DNA of 62,783 bases, counting the filler, from Globobulimina sp. (taxonomy: Eukaryota), in assembly GCA_003354225.1 (NCBI GenBank). It is 8 parts of 8 records of this genome, joined end to end, with 100 filler letters (N's around TTAATTAATTAA, not from the genome) between each part and the next. Parts side by side here need not be neighbours in the genome. Positions count along the whole stretch, not along the records: positions 7,880 to 15,655 come from PIVH01000120.1; positions 15,756 to 23,520 come from PIVH01000121.1; 6 more parts are not named here. The stretch is one strand, 5' to 3'. The notes under the pieces were generated by a model that worked only from the letters and a program-made list of their open reading frames with translations, did no database searches and was not told the DNA's origin. A program made the translations under genes and the position numbers. Of this stretch, positions 11,983 through 23,620 are shown one piece after another (position 1 is the first letter of the stretch; every line of letters starts with the position of its first letter).

Positions 11983-12404
11983 ATTTCTCAGATTTGACAA
12001 AATTTCATATTGTGGTGATCGATCAACTGCAAAAGTTGAAATCCGAAAAAAAGATTTTTTTAAGCTTTAATCTTAGTAAAATAAAAGCTCATTCAGCATC
12101 AGAATTACATTCATCATCAGACGATCCTATGTTGATTGCAATCTAAAAAAAACTGAAAAACAATGTGGTTGGATACAAAATGCATTGGTGATTGCAGTCA
12201 TTTTAAAACAATTAAATAATATTAAGATATCAACGTGGTACATTTCATTTGCAATAATGTATTTAGTGTGTATTTAATTAGTGAAAATGTAGAAATTAAA
12301 GTCAAACAGCAATAATATAAAAAAGCAGCGAAACAAAACCAGGCAACTGGAAAAATCAACAAATTCCAGGACACAATTCATATCACAAATAAATTAACAA
12401 ACAA

Positions 12405-13884
12405 TCAAATGGCAAAAGCACAAAGAATTTGAACGAAAAACCAACCAAAAATGATAGCAATTACTAATTTAATAAACTTTTGATTATGCGCATCTTTCTC
12501 GAATAATATTGCCGGAAATAATACTGCTGAATATGTTACACCATTATGTTGAACATTACATACTTTTGTAAATCTATATTCATTGTTATTTGCCCAGTCT
12601 GTATTTATTCTGCCAGCTGAACCATAACCGCCTGTTTTATTTATTCCACTAAACATTTTTTGTATTTGTTTCACGTCACTTTGTTCAGCATTTGCTTTAA
12701 TATTCAAATCAATGCCACCACAAAATGAATAAGACTTTGTTTCTTTAATTAAATAATTTCCATCATTTCTTTCAGAACATTTTTCAGCTTTTTTCTGAAT
12801 GGAAGCTAATGAAAACGTTATGTTATTATCAAGTAACTCTTGTTTTTGTTTGTTGCAAACTTCTTTTACCATATCAATATCAAACGGAATATTGTTAATA
12901 TATGCAAATTTTGCTAATGATAATGCACAATAAACAGCTTCTAATCTTTGCAAAAACAAACTGCGTTGCTGTATAATATGCATATATGTATTTACATGAT
13001 TTACAAATTCTGTTAATTGCTTATCATTGTTACATTCATCATCGTCGTATAACACACCATCCGATTCAACGTTCATTTTTCTTACTTTAATTTTAAATTT
13101 TATTTTACTAATCAATATTAAATTATTTTCCTCCGAATATTCTTCCGTTTCATCTAAAACAATCCATAATCGATGCCAATTGTCCTTTCGATTTGCGCCA
13201 TTTCTCATCACTTTATCAATATAACTTTGATAATTTGGAATATGCTTTGTAATATTTGGGTGCATATCATATAATAATGTCTTCAGAAACCAATCAGCGT
13301 CAAACATTACTTCGCCTGCTTTCGGCCATCTACGTATGTCATACATCACATTGGTTTGTCACAGAACAGCCACAGTACAGTCACAGTACCTTAATATTTC
13401 CGGATAATATACTTTTTTCAATATAACATTCACGTTTTGCTGGTTTGTATTAATTTTATGAGCTGGGTCTAATGAAAATGACACACTCTCTCTGTCACCA
13501 GACCCATGAAACATTCTCAAAAAAGTACAAAAATGTTGCCAAACCATTGCAGAATTATCTGATTCTTTTAAAATTGAACCATGATCACCATCTGAATCAC
13601 GTTTAGCAGTGTTTTTGAATAATGTCAAATATCTTTGCAAAAAACTTTTTTTATCATCCCTGTGATTTGAATTAGTAGTTGTTTTGAATAGTCCTATTAA
13701 TGTATTATCAGTCTTGCAATGGGGCTTGCAACGCAATTTGCAATGTGGTTGTTATGAATCGTACAGTGGCTGCTCATTAAATACGTCCTGTTATGAAGGG
13801 AATGAATTTGGATATTGTGAGGCCGGTATCTGTTGCTGTGGTGGTGACTGCATTACGACGGCTCCGGTGATGGTTATTATTCAT
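12405..13884 (-). CDS. Hypothetical protein with a C-terminal transmembrane helix, possibly DUF1598-like; spliced
   Basis: ORFs 13359..13736 and 12405..13349 plus a probable first exon from ATG 13884. Motifs SFSLDP, GEVMFDADWFLK, HRLWI, GGIDL. Hydrophobic C-terminus. Confidence 0.55.
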
Positions 13885-14095
13885 ATTCCGAATGGTTAAT
13901 CATAAGTTGTTTGACACAATATTTACAATTTGTTTTTTATATGAAAAAAAGTATGCAAATTACAGCTGTCAAAACCAAAAAGTCGGCGTTCATAATTATA
14001 AACATTAATTAACAGAAAACAAATAAAATAAAATAAAAAAATAAACAAAGCATTCATTCACAAATAAAAAAACAAGACAAATTCACATATTCAAC

Positions 14096-14341
14096 ATGGG
14101 CGCCGCACACGGGAAGTTTGTGAAAAATCCGTGTGATTTGGACAAAAGATGTTGTTGGGACAGTTGGTGTAATGGTGATTTGGTAACATACTATTATGAA
14201 AGTGGAGGCGATACAAAATGTGTGTGCAAGAATGCGGGCTTTATTGCTCAGCGAAGACTTACAAGCAATCAATTTGATATAAAATTACCAGGCGTTTTAC
14301 CAATGCCAGAACGTAAACCAGAACCGGATCCGGATGAATGA
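14096..14341 (+). CDS. Small Cys-rich hypothetical protein
   Basis: 81-aa ATG-started ORF with 6 Cys and higher GC than its flanks; divergent from the upstream gene. Confidence 0.4.
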   Translation: MGAAHGKFVKNPCDLDKRCCWDSWCNGDLVTYYYESGGDTKCVCKNAGFIAQRRLTSNQFDIKLPGVLPMPERKPEPDPDE

Positions 14342-15755
14342 TTTTGATGCGGTTTCGTTTCCAAAATTGATGGTGCTTGTATCGAATATCTATGCAACAG
14401 AGAGGCGTTCAATTTGTTGATGGTGCCAGTATGAATATCTCTGTGTCATAGAGGCGTTCAAATAAGAAACGAAGCCATACATTCAGATTTTCTTTTAGTG
14501 TAATAATTTTCTTTTATGTTTGATAATAATTTTCAATAACCATATATATATATCCAATTACCATATCCATTAATATCATCGTTTTGTGTGTGTTCATTGT
14601 TCCCTTGCAATTGGGTACTTATCTGTTTAGGAAGACTTGTGAGCTGATATAACAGTATTACAGTTGACATTGCAAGATTACAGTTGACATTACATTGATT
14701 ACAAGATTGCAAAAAAACATTACAAGATTGCAAAAACATTACAACATTACATGAGTTAGTAATGAGTTATTTACCAAACGCGATATAACTGACTTCTGAT
14801 AAAATACTAATACTCCCGTATATATAGCAACGTTTTTTTGTTTTTATTTTTTTTTTGTTTTAAGAGCCTCAATTATGATAACTTTTTTTTTGTTTTCACT
14901 GAAAACGTAACAACTTTTTGGGATCCTGAATTTGAAACTGAAAAACGAAATATTCCAGTTTAAAATTCATTTCCCCTAATTGTCTCAAACCGTTTCTGTA
15001 AACCTCATCATTGCACTCCTGATCATTCAAGAACCGTTAATATTAAAATCAAAAACAAAATATTGTGCAAAAAACAGTGTTTATATACAAGCACAATGTT
15101 GTATTGTTATAATAAATAATAAGTTAAAAACGCAAAACAGGTTGTTCCGTATCCCAGGTATAGAGAGCAACATTTTGCAACGAAATTCTTTCTCGCAAAA
15201 TAGACTCGGTATACAATAAAAATCACGATTCATGTACGAGGTTTATACAATTATTACAGATTACAAGGAAAATAAATCAACCACGATAATAAATCTTTGT
15301 CACACAACGGCATAATAATAATAACGTATTCTGCAAAACCAATATCGGAAAAATATCCAAAAAAAATCAAAATCAAAAATAAATTCCACTGCATCTTTAA
15401 TACAGAACTTATTCCACTGTAATTCCACTGCAAAGGATGAAATTGTTAGAATCCAACAGTTGTGAGTGTTGCGTGGCTATTATGAACGCATTATTTGTAT
15501 TAATGTATCAAACCAAACATTTGATGCAGATACCAAACCAAACCAAACAATTACCCATGAAAATAAAATCAGAGTTTAGGCGAAGCAAACACGACTTAAA
15601 CACACCATTACCGGCCCACTGAGCGATTAACTCCAATAACAGTTACATCACAATANNNNNNNNNNNNNNNNNNNNNNNNNNNNNNNNNNNNNNNNNNNNT
15701 TAATTAATTAANNNNNNNNNNNNNNNNNNNNNNNNNNNNNNNNNNNNNNNNNNNN

Positions 15756-15974
15756 GACCTTGATTTTGCTCATGAACAACTTTTTTTAATCATTTGTGAA
15801 TTGTTAGAGAAAAAGCTTAAGTAAATGTTCGTCTAATCCTTATTTATAATACAGTGCGATCTTTATTTACAGTTTCTAATCGAGACAAGAAGATGAGACG
15901 AACATTTACTTAAGCTTTTTCTCTAACAATTCACAAATGATTAAAAAAAGTTGTTCATGAGCAAAAACAAGGTC
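15756..15974. mobile_element. MITE-like inverted repeat
   Basis: 79-bp arms (15756-15834 and 15896-15974) are reverse complements with 1 mismatch, around a 61-bp spacer. Confidence 0.75.
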
Positions 15975-16048
15975 AAATAGGAAAACTCTAATTGATATTA
16001 AGTTTTTTAAGATTTTTTTGAAGTTAACTAGTCATCGATCATGTGAAA

Positions 16049-17395
16049 ATGTTGAAACTGCTTTGGCGAAACAAAGAGGAGTCAGAAGACCTGCAAAACA
16101 ATGAAGATTCGGTAACATCACTAACACCATCAAAAAACACTACGTTTACCGATGAGTATATGGCATTAAACGATGTCGATGATGATGAAGGTTTATATAT
16201 AGAATGGCGCACAGTAATATTTGTTCGGCATGGTAACTCGATATGGAATGAAAGTACTGATAACTCCTTCAAAAATGCATATTCCGCAGCAAAAGCATTC
16301 TCTGCATTCACTTCTGGTGTAAAAGAATACGCAAAATTAAAATGGAGCTCAGAATATAAACACCAGGATTCAATCTATGTCGATACACCATTATCGCCAA
16401 AGGGTATGAAGCAAGCCTATAATTTAAGTTTATTCTTAAAACACCATCAACAACTTGGTGAGCAACAAAAATTATTATATTTAAAACAACATCAAACAAT
16501 ATCATCGCCGATAAAAGATGCTTGGAGAGCACTGCAACAATATAAACTGGAATGCAATGTTAATTCCAGTCTGTGCAATGACGCATTATCCTCACTGACA
16601 AAGGCAATGCAATCTGTTGAATATTTAATGGCAAATGTTGATATAACAAGCATCGATGCAGATATTGATACAGATATTGACATCCATATGATACCAATGG
16701 ATATATCCTATATATTGGATATTTTAATAGGTAAAAATAAGAATATATGCTCAAAGATAGTTTGTTCAAACCTTCGCCGAGCTATATCGACCTGCGTCTT
16801 ATCGTTATGGGATAGATTAAGGTTTAGCGATGAAAAGATTTACATACTTTCATGTTTGCAAGAGATTGGAATCAATGTGGATACGCATACAGATACGAGA
16901 CAGTTCCAAGTGCCGCAAGTCTCTCATTTCGAAATGATATCAAAGAACTTGAATGCAAAAGCTTTGAATGAATTTTATTCGATGAGAATTGAAACTATTT
17001 ACAATTATGGATCAAAGTGTGACTTTTTAATGGAATCACAACATGATTCACAAAAACGGATTGAATTATTCGCAAAATGGATGTTTATGAATGAATCAAA
17101 GGAATCGATATCGATATCGAAGGATAAGGAATCAATAAATGGCGGATTTAAGACAGTTAAAAGCAAAACGAGTAAGATGGCACCAGCTGCTATAATTGCT
17201 TTTGGACATTCTTCGTGGATCAAAATGTTTTTTAACTATTATTTACCAATAAAATCACAATTTATTGGCAAAACCACAAAACTGTCCAATTGTGGTGTAG
17301 TTGCATTCAAATTTTATTACAACAAAAAAAGAGAAAAATTTGGCATTGCTGGCAATACGATAACTGTTATACACAAAGGATTTGGTGCGAGCTGA
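16049..17395 (+). CDS. Histidine phosphatase (phosphoglycerate mutase-like) family protein
   Basis: FVRHGNS, DTPLSPKG..QA, SNLRRAIST, LQE, FGHS and LSNCG motifs. Confidence 0.88.
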   Translation: MLKLLWRNKEESEDLQNNEDSVTSLTPSKNTTFTDEYMALNDVDDDEGLYIEWRTVIFVRHGNSIWNESTDNSFKNAYSAAKAFSAFTSGVKEYAKLKWSSEYKHQDSIYVDTPLSPKGMKQAYNLSLFLKHHQQLGEQQKLLYLKQHQTISSPIKDAWRALQQYKLECNVNSSLCNDALSSLTKAMQSVEYLMANVDITSIDADIDTDIDIHMIPMDISYILDILIGKNKNICSKIVCSNLRRAISTCVLSLWDRLRFSDEKIYILSCLQEIGINVDTHTDTRQFQVPQVSHFEMISKNLNAKALNEFYSMRIETIYNYGSKCDFLMESQHDSQKRIELFAKWMFMNESKESISISKDKESINGGFKTVKSKTSKMAPAAIIAFGHSSWIKMFFNYYLPIKSQFIGKTTKLSNCGVVAFKFYYNKKREKFGIAGNTITVIHKGFGAS

Positions 17396-17508
17396 TAATA
17401 ATAATTGTTTTATTTAAATTGTATCTATCCTCGCGCAGAGAAATATTTTCAAATCAACATATATATGATATGATATAATATTCATTATTCAGTGAGCTCC
17501 ATTCGTAT

Positions 17509-17814
17509 TCATGTTATCATCATTAGATGTGTCTTTTTCAAAGTCCTTTTTATAGTCTTGCACCATTCTCTCATATTGCTTGAGTTTATCCCGATCTCTG
17601 TGTTTGTAAATATGCATAACATAATAAAATAATCATGCAATGAATTGAGTAACTTTGTCTTCCATTTTTGTTCATTTTGAATTGTTGCATATGTTGCCCA
17701 GGTAAATCCACATAGGAGAAATGTAGTGCTTCCGTGCCATATAATTCGTCTGGTGATAGACTTTTGTTTTGGTTTGAAAAAAGCAAGTTGTGGCTTTGGC
17801 TTTCTTTGGTTCAT
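17509..17814 (-). CDS. Small basic membrane protein, probably spliced; boundaries uncertain
   Basis: Basic N-terminus followed by a hydrophobic segment (TFLLCGFTWATY). Confidence 0.35.
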   Translation of the reverse strand: MNQRKPKPQLAFFKPKQKSITRRIIWHGSTTFLLCGFTWATYATIQNEQKWKTKLLNSLHDYFIMLCIFTNTEIGINSSNMREWCKTIKRTLKKTHLMMIT

Positions 17815-18040
17815 TGTTTTTTTAAAATCAGTATAAAACCACACCCCTTTGTATACATTATTTTGGTTCCATTATAAATTTTTTCTGACTTAATTTGTGC
17901 TGGATTTGCAAACGAAAGACAAAGTTATAACAAACAGTATCTCGTTCAATGCTGGCTATGTCCTTAACAATGAGAGAAAAATCGCGTTGGAATAATTAAT
18001 CTGTTGTATGTTACAATATTTTGTTGTTTTTGATTATTTG

Positions 18041-18331
18041 TTATTTTCTTGCTGCAGCTTTTCGTTTTGCTCTGATTCTCTTTGACCTCCTGACAACAGC
18101 TGGAGGCTCTTCTTCCTTTTCACTGTCTTCACTCTTTTGAGTCTCTTCTTGTTGGTATTGCATTATATCTTCTTTTGGATATCGAGCATATTTCCCTTGT
18201 GTTGTACTTGTTTGCTTTGTGAATGCATCTATCATAAATAATGCAACAGTTATTAATATTACTGCAGATACGGCCACAGTCACATTAAAACCAGTTGCAT
18301 ATTTATCTACAATGCTTATTATTTCATCCAT
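18041..18331 (-). CDS. Small single-pass membrane protein
   Basis: 96-aa ORF with one hydrophobic helix, an acidic stretch and a basic tail (RRSKRIRAKRK). Confidence 0.65.
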   Translation of the reverse strand: MDEIISIVDKYATGFNVTVAVSAVILITVALFMIDAFTKQTSTTQGKYARYPKEDIMQYQQEETQKSEDSEKEEEPPAVVRRSKRIRAKRKAAARK

Positions 18332-18549
18332 CCAATGTTCAATCTATATTCACTCAGTATTTATATCAATGTTAATCTATTCGCGCGCTGAAATTTAAAA
18401 CTTTGTGACGTCATACTTACGATAATATATGTGTACGGATGAACACTATTTATGGAAGGTTCAATTGTAGAATAAAATATGGATTTTTCATCGATTCTTT
18501 GGCTACACAACTCTTAAGTATTTGTATTACATATTGTATTTTTTTAACC

Positions 18550-20562
18550 ATGGCACAGCGACCAAACCGTAACGGCGATGTATGTGAATTTTAATCTGCG
18601 AATAACTATATGATAGCATAATATATATCCACAATCCCTTGAAAGCCAAAGGATAAGGATGCAACATCAGAGCAATTTACAGCGTTACTGTTAAGATATC
18701 TGGCCCGTCGCGCCGAACAAGCTCAACGTCGAGCACGAGTAAGCAATGCTGATGGAACAGAAACAGAAACAGAAGGTGTAGCCGTAGCGGCAGATCAAGC
18801 AGAACGCGATGATATTGATATAGAGGATGATGAATCACATTCGCCAGATACAGACAACGAAGAGAATGCGTGGGGGACATTTTTTCGTTCAAAGCGTAAA
18901 AAAAAATCTATCCCCAAACTAGATTTAGTGGATGAAAATAATAATTTTGACTATTTTGACGATCATAAACAATCATTGGGCCGACTAAAACAATGGATTG
19001 ATGACGGACAATTTGCAAACGCCAAAGAAGCACAGCAACACTTTGATGCTACTGAGACTATGACGCATTCGCATGTTCATAAACCATTAATATGTAATAA
19101 TAAACGACATGGTTCATCGCATGCATTTATTCCATATAATTTTCATCATTTTTTACAATTGCGAGAATTGGGCGCGTATGGAACATATTCGCCACATTGC
19201 CGAGGTGTAATCAGTCGATGTACAGATTATTTGTTCAGTAATAACGTATCAGAGAGATTCGAAGGTAATTCCCGTGTCTTTTGTAGTTCATTTAGTGCGG
19301 ATGGCAATGTATTATGTGTAGCCTCGCAAGATCATGTCATCCATCTTATTGATAGCTCATCGGGCATGAATAGCAACAAATGGCCCATTTACAAGCAAGT
19401 AGAGTCGCAATTTAGTGGTTGGAGCATCATCGATGTTGCGTTATCGCCCGATCATGAATTTGTTGCCTATTCTGGTTGGTCCTCTTCCATCTATTTAGTG
19501 AATACCTATGGCTCCCATGAATTGCACGAATCTCACGATTTAAATATATCTACTTTTAATAGCTGGGGTCGTTGCTGCATATTTGGTATTGAGTTTGATC
19601 CCAATTCAAAAAAAGTTATCTGCGCATTATCTGGGGGTTGCCTCATATTGCATGACCTTGAAAGGAAACTGAATCAATTCTCTTTGCCCAATGCGCATGA
19701 CGATGATATCAATCAGGCCACATTCTTGGATGCAAATACTATCATTTCTGGATCAGACGATGCGTTATTAAGAGTGTGGGATGCGCGGCAGGATGGATAC
19801 AATAAATGTGTGGGTGGCTTCGTGGGCCATTACCAGGGCATAACCTGCGTCTCTACACCCAATGACTATGGCTCATCCTGTTACGTATTATCTAATTCTA
19901 AAGATCAAAGTTTAAAGATTTGGGACTTACGCTCAATGAATAGTTTGTCAGAATTGACCTCAACGAGAGCACAGTTACAACCATCGACGGGCTCATTTGA
20001 TTATAGATATCGTGGATGGAATCCTCGGTCTTCCTCTACGCATCAGAAACGGTTTCGAATCGATAAATCATTGGTTACATATCGAGGACATTCGGTTTCA
20101 CGCACACTTTGTCGGTCTGCATTCTCACCGATACATTGTACGTCGGCTAAATATGTTTATTGTGGATCATCGGATTGTGGCATATATATTTATAATACCT
20201 TAGATGCTAAATTGCATTGTACATTGCAGGGCCATTCGGATATCGTAAGGGATGTTTGCTGGCATCCATATCTACCGATTATTGTGTCTGCCTCGTGGGA
20301 CGGCTCCGTGGTTCGATGGAGTTATAGAGGCTCAAACAAAGAGGGATCTATCAAGGGCAAGCCTAAAAAAAGAAAAATAATATTATGTTTGGATGAAGAT
20401 GCAGATATCGATGCAGATGCAGATGAATACAGTGATAGCTATAATGATAATGGCAGTGACAGTGACAGTGATAGTGAGGATAATGAAGCGTATGAAATGC
20501 CGACTGTTGCATTAGATATGCCCGAACATTTAAGGAAAAGAAATGATTATGATTATTGGTAA
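18550..20562 (+). CDS. DCAF11: WD40 protein DCAF11/WDR23/LEC14B (CUL4-DDB1 substrate receptor); short 5' introns
   Basis: WSIIDVALSPD, AHDDDIN, SGSDD..RVWD, SNSKDQSLKIWDLR, FDYRY, TYRGHSVSRTL.R..FSP and VRDVCWHP match DCAF11. The start at ATG 18550 is inferred. Confidence 0.88.
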
Positions 20563-20763
20563 AATTATTTCATTTTTTATTATAAATATTAATTTATTTA
20601 AGGTTTCTTTTGTATTTTTTCTTTTGTAAATGTAAATGTTTGATTGTCGAAATGTGTCGTATAAATTATAAGTTCTGGGGTGACGCACCCTATTGACAGT
20701 AAGCGACAATAATTATCAAATATTGAGCAAGGATCAAAGTCTTGAAACACATGAAAATTCCAA

Positions 20764-21228
20764 TCATCGGGGTTTGTCTGTTTGTTTCTGTTTCTGTTTT
20801 GGTTTTAAATTATTTGGAAGAGATAATGTTTCAATTGACTGTCGATCTAATTGTTGAATAGCGCACGTTCGTGGCGGTTGGAAGTTGCCTAACAAAGAAG
20901 CTAATAATGATATATCATTTGTTAAATCTTTCTGTGATGCGGTCCTAAGCTGAGCAATATCCTCAAAATTGGTTGGTAAGGAACAACCAAAACCATCTCT
21001 TATATCTTTGATGTATTTATCTGGCATTTTATTAAATTGTTCATCAGTCATATTTATTGTTTTATCACATGATTTTTTTAACAGGAAAAATGATAATAAG
21101 TTTTGATGTGGTGATAATTTAATTTCATTAATCTCCTTTTGGCGTATTTTATTATCATATTCTTGCTGTGAATTGGCGTAATCTCTCCATAATTGTTTGC
21201 GATTAGTTGCGGCACGTTGCTGTGACAT
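20764..21228 (-). CDS. Hypothetical protein, head-to-head with TrxR
   Basis: 154-aa ATG-started ORF; its ATG is 35 bp from the TrxR ATG. Confidence 0.6.
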   Translation of the reverse strand: MSQQRAATNRKQLWRDYANSQQEYDNKIRQKEINEIKLSPHQNLLSFFLLKKSCDKTINMTDEQFNKMPDKYIKDIRDGFGCSLPTNFEDIAQLRTASQKDLTNDISLLASLLGNFQPPRTCAIQQLDRQSIETLSLPNNLKPKQKQKQTDKPR

Positions 21229-21263
21229 GATAAGTTATTAAGTTTTTCTGGTGTTTTTAGATA

Positions 21264-22885
21264 ATGGCGTCAAAGGCTAAAATGGACGTAGACCAGGAAC
21301 GGAAAAGCGAGTATGATTATGATTTAATTGTAATTGGAGGAGGTTCGGGAGGAATATCGTGTGCGAAAGAAGCGGCGTTGTTAGGTGCCAAGGTAGCATT
21401 GTTTGATTACGTAACACCAACCGTGCATGGTACTAAATGGAATTTAGGCGGAACTTGTGTCAATGTTGGCTGTATACCTAAAAAAATGATGCATTATTGT
21501 GCTTTATTAGGCGAATCGTTTCACGACGCACACCAATTAGGGTGGGATGTAGCGCCCAGCAGTCATGACATCCAATTCTCGTGGCCCAAATTATCACAAA
21601 CTGTCACGAGTTATATCAAATCATTGAATTGGGGGTACAAAGTACAATTAAATGAACACGGAATTCAATATATTAAAGCTTTGGCAAAATTTGTTGATCC
21701 CCACACTGTTCAATACGAAAAGCGGTTTGTTTATAATATTAATAATTGTTTATTTATTTATTCAACATACGAACAACATACAAAATACAAAATACAACAA
21801 GCAAAAAAAGCGAACAAATTAGTGCAAAATATATTGTTTTAGCAATGGGAGGCCGACCACGCATACCTTCCAATATAATCGGTACAGAGTTAGCCATAAC
21901 ATCTGATGATATTTTTTGGCAGAAAACGCCACCTGGTAAGACATTGTGTGTTGGTGCTTCATATATTTCATTAGAAACCGCTGGTTTTTTGCATGCGATG
22001 GGTTATGACGTTACGGTCTGTGTACGGTCAATATTATTACGTGGATTTGATCGGGACTGTGTCAAATTTGTCGGAGATTATATGAAAGACATTGGTATCA
22101 AATTTAAATACGGGGCAAGTCCCATTAAATTGGAGAAATTGGATGATGACAAAATTAGAGTGACATTTAAATCAACGGCAAGTAGCGAAGAAGAAAAGAA
22201 ATCAAATATGGAAATATATGACACGGTGATGTTTGCGACCGGGCGTAGCCCTCAAACGAATGGCTTATGTTTGGAGGTAGCGGGTGTTAAATTAGACTCT
22301 GATTCTGGTAAAATAAGATGCAGCAAAGAACAGACCAATGTCGCGCACATATTTGCGGTGGGCGACATTGTGTATGGTACACCGGAATTGACTCCAGTCG
22401 CCATCCAAGCGGGCAAATTATTGTCGCATCGCTTATTTTCAAATGCCAATAATTGGATGGATTATAATTTTGTGCCAACCACAATATTTACACCGTGTGA
22501 ATATGCAAATTGCGGATATTCTGAAGAAGAGGCCGAAGATGTTTATGATGCAGAAAATTTACAAGTATATCATATGAAAAATAATCCATTGGAACATTAT
22601 TCTGTAAAAAGAAAAAACAAGGACGGAAAAGAAATGTCCAATTCAATTTTTTTGAAAATCATTTGTGATAAAAGCGAAAATGAGAAAATTGTGGGATTTC
22701 ATTATTGCGGACCGAATGCGGGCGAAATCATGCAAGGATTTGCGCTCTCTTTGAAGGTGGGCTGCACTAAGAATGATTTGGACAACATAGTGGGTATTCA
22801 CCCGACGTGCGCCGAATGGTTTACTGTCTTAAAAATAACCAAAGCCAGCGGAGAATCGGCAGAAGCCACAGCTTGCTGAGGTTAG
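21264..22885 (+). CDS. TXNRD: High-molecular-weight thioredoxin reductase, selenoprotein (C-terminus A-C-U-G); intron 21725-21801
   Basis: GGGSGG, GGTCVNVGCIPKK, ELTPVAIQAG and GIHPTCAE motifs. The gene ends TGC TGA GGT TAG = Cys-Sec-Gly-stop. Confidence 0.95.
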
Positions 22886-22944
22886 ATTGTCTGCCCGGTC
22901 CGGTCCTCACTCATCACCAGATAGGACAGGACAGGACAGACAAT
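22886..22944 (+). promoter_or_regulatory. GC-rich stem-loop immediately after the TrxR stop (candidate Sec recoding element)
   Basis: 22886-22907 pairs with 22923-22944 (19 of 22 pairs) around a 15-nt loop. Confidence 0.5.
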
Positions 22945-23620
22945 AATATCCTTTTCTTTTGTCAATAATATTCGACCAAATGGATGTTAAATGTGAAGGA
23001 TATATTTGCATTATATCTGGATTTATTGATTTATTCCATACCACTTTATTGAATTAAAGATTAATTTAATGAAATGGTCACGCAATATTTTACAAAATGT
23101 TTTCCTTTTGTTTTTTGGTAATTTATATAAATAAATAATTTAATAATTGATTTCTTAAAGTTTGAAGAAGAAGAAGAACAAAAAGCTTGCAAATTGATTG
23201 AAAATCTCTTAGTTACTGAAGTCTCTAAAAGTCACTGGCAATTAGCGTCAATTTCAGGCTACATCCTTGCGACATCTTTTCATGATAACGGCACATTTTT
23301 GTCATAATTTGTGATTATTTCCTGATAAATAAAACCCTAGGTTTTCTAGCGTTGATTTCATGAAATAAATCTTATTGATATTGAATTGTGTCTTGTATTG
23401 GTCATATCAAAACAATATTGGGTATAGTGTGTTTTGTTGAACAATGTCTTATATATTGTTTTGTAATATTCGTAAAACTTGGACTTTTTTCGCAGTCATT
23501 TTAAACAATGTCATAAACAGNNNNNNNNNNNNNNNNNNNNNNNNNNNNNNNNNNNNNNNNNNNNTTAATTAATTAANNNNNNNNNNNNNNNNNNNNNNNN
23601 NNNNNNNNNNNNNNNNNNNN

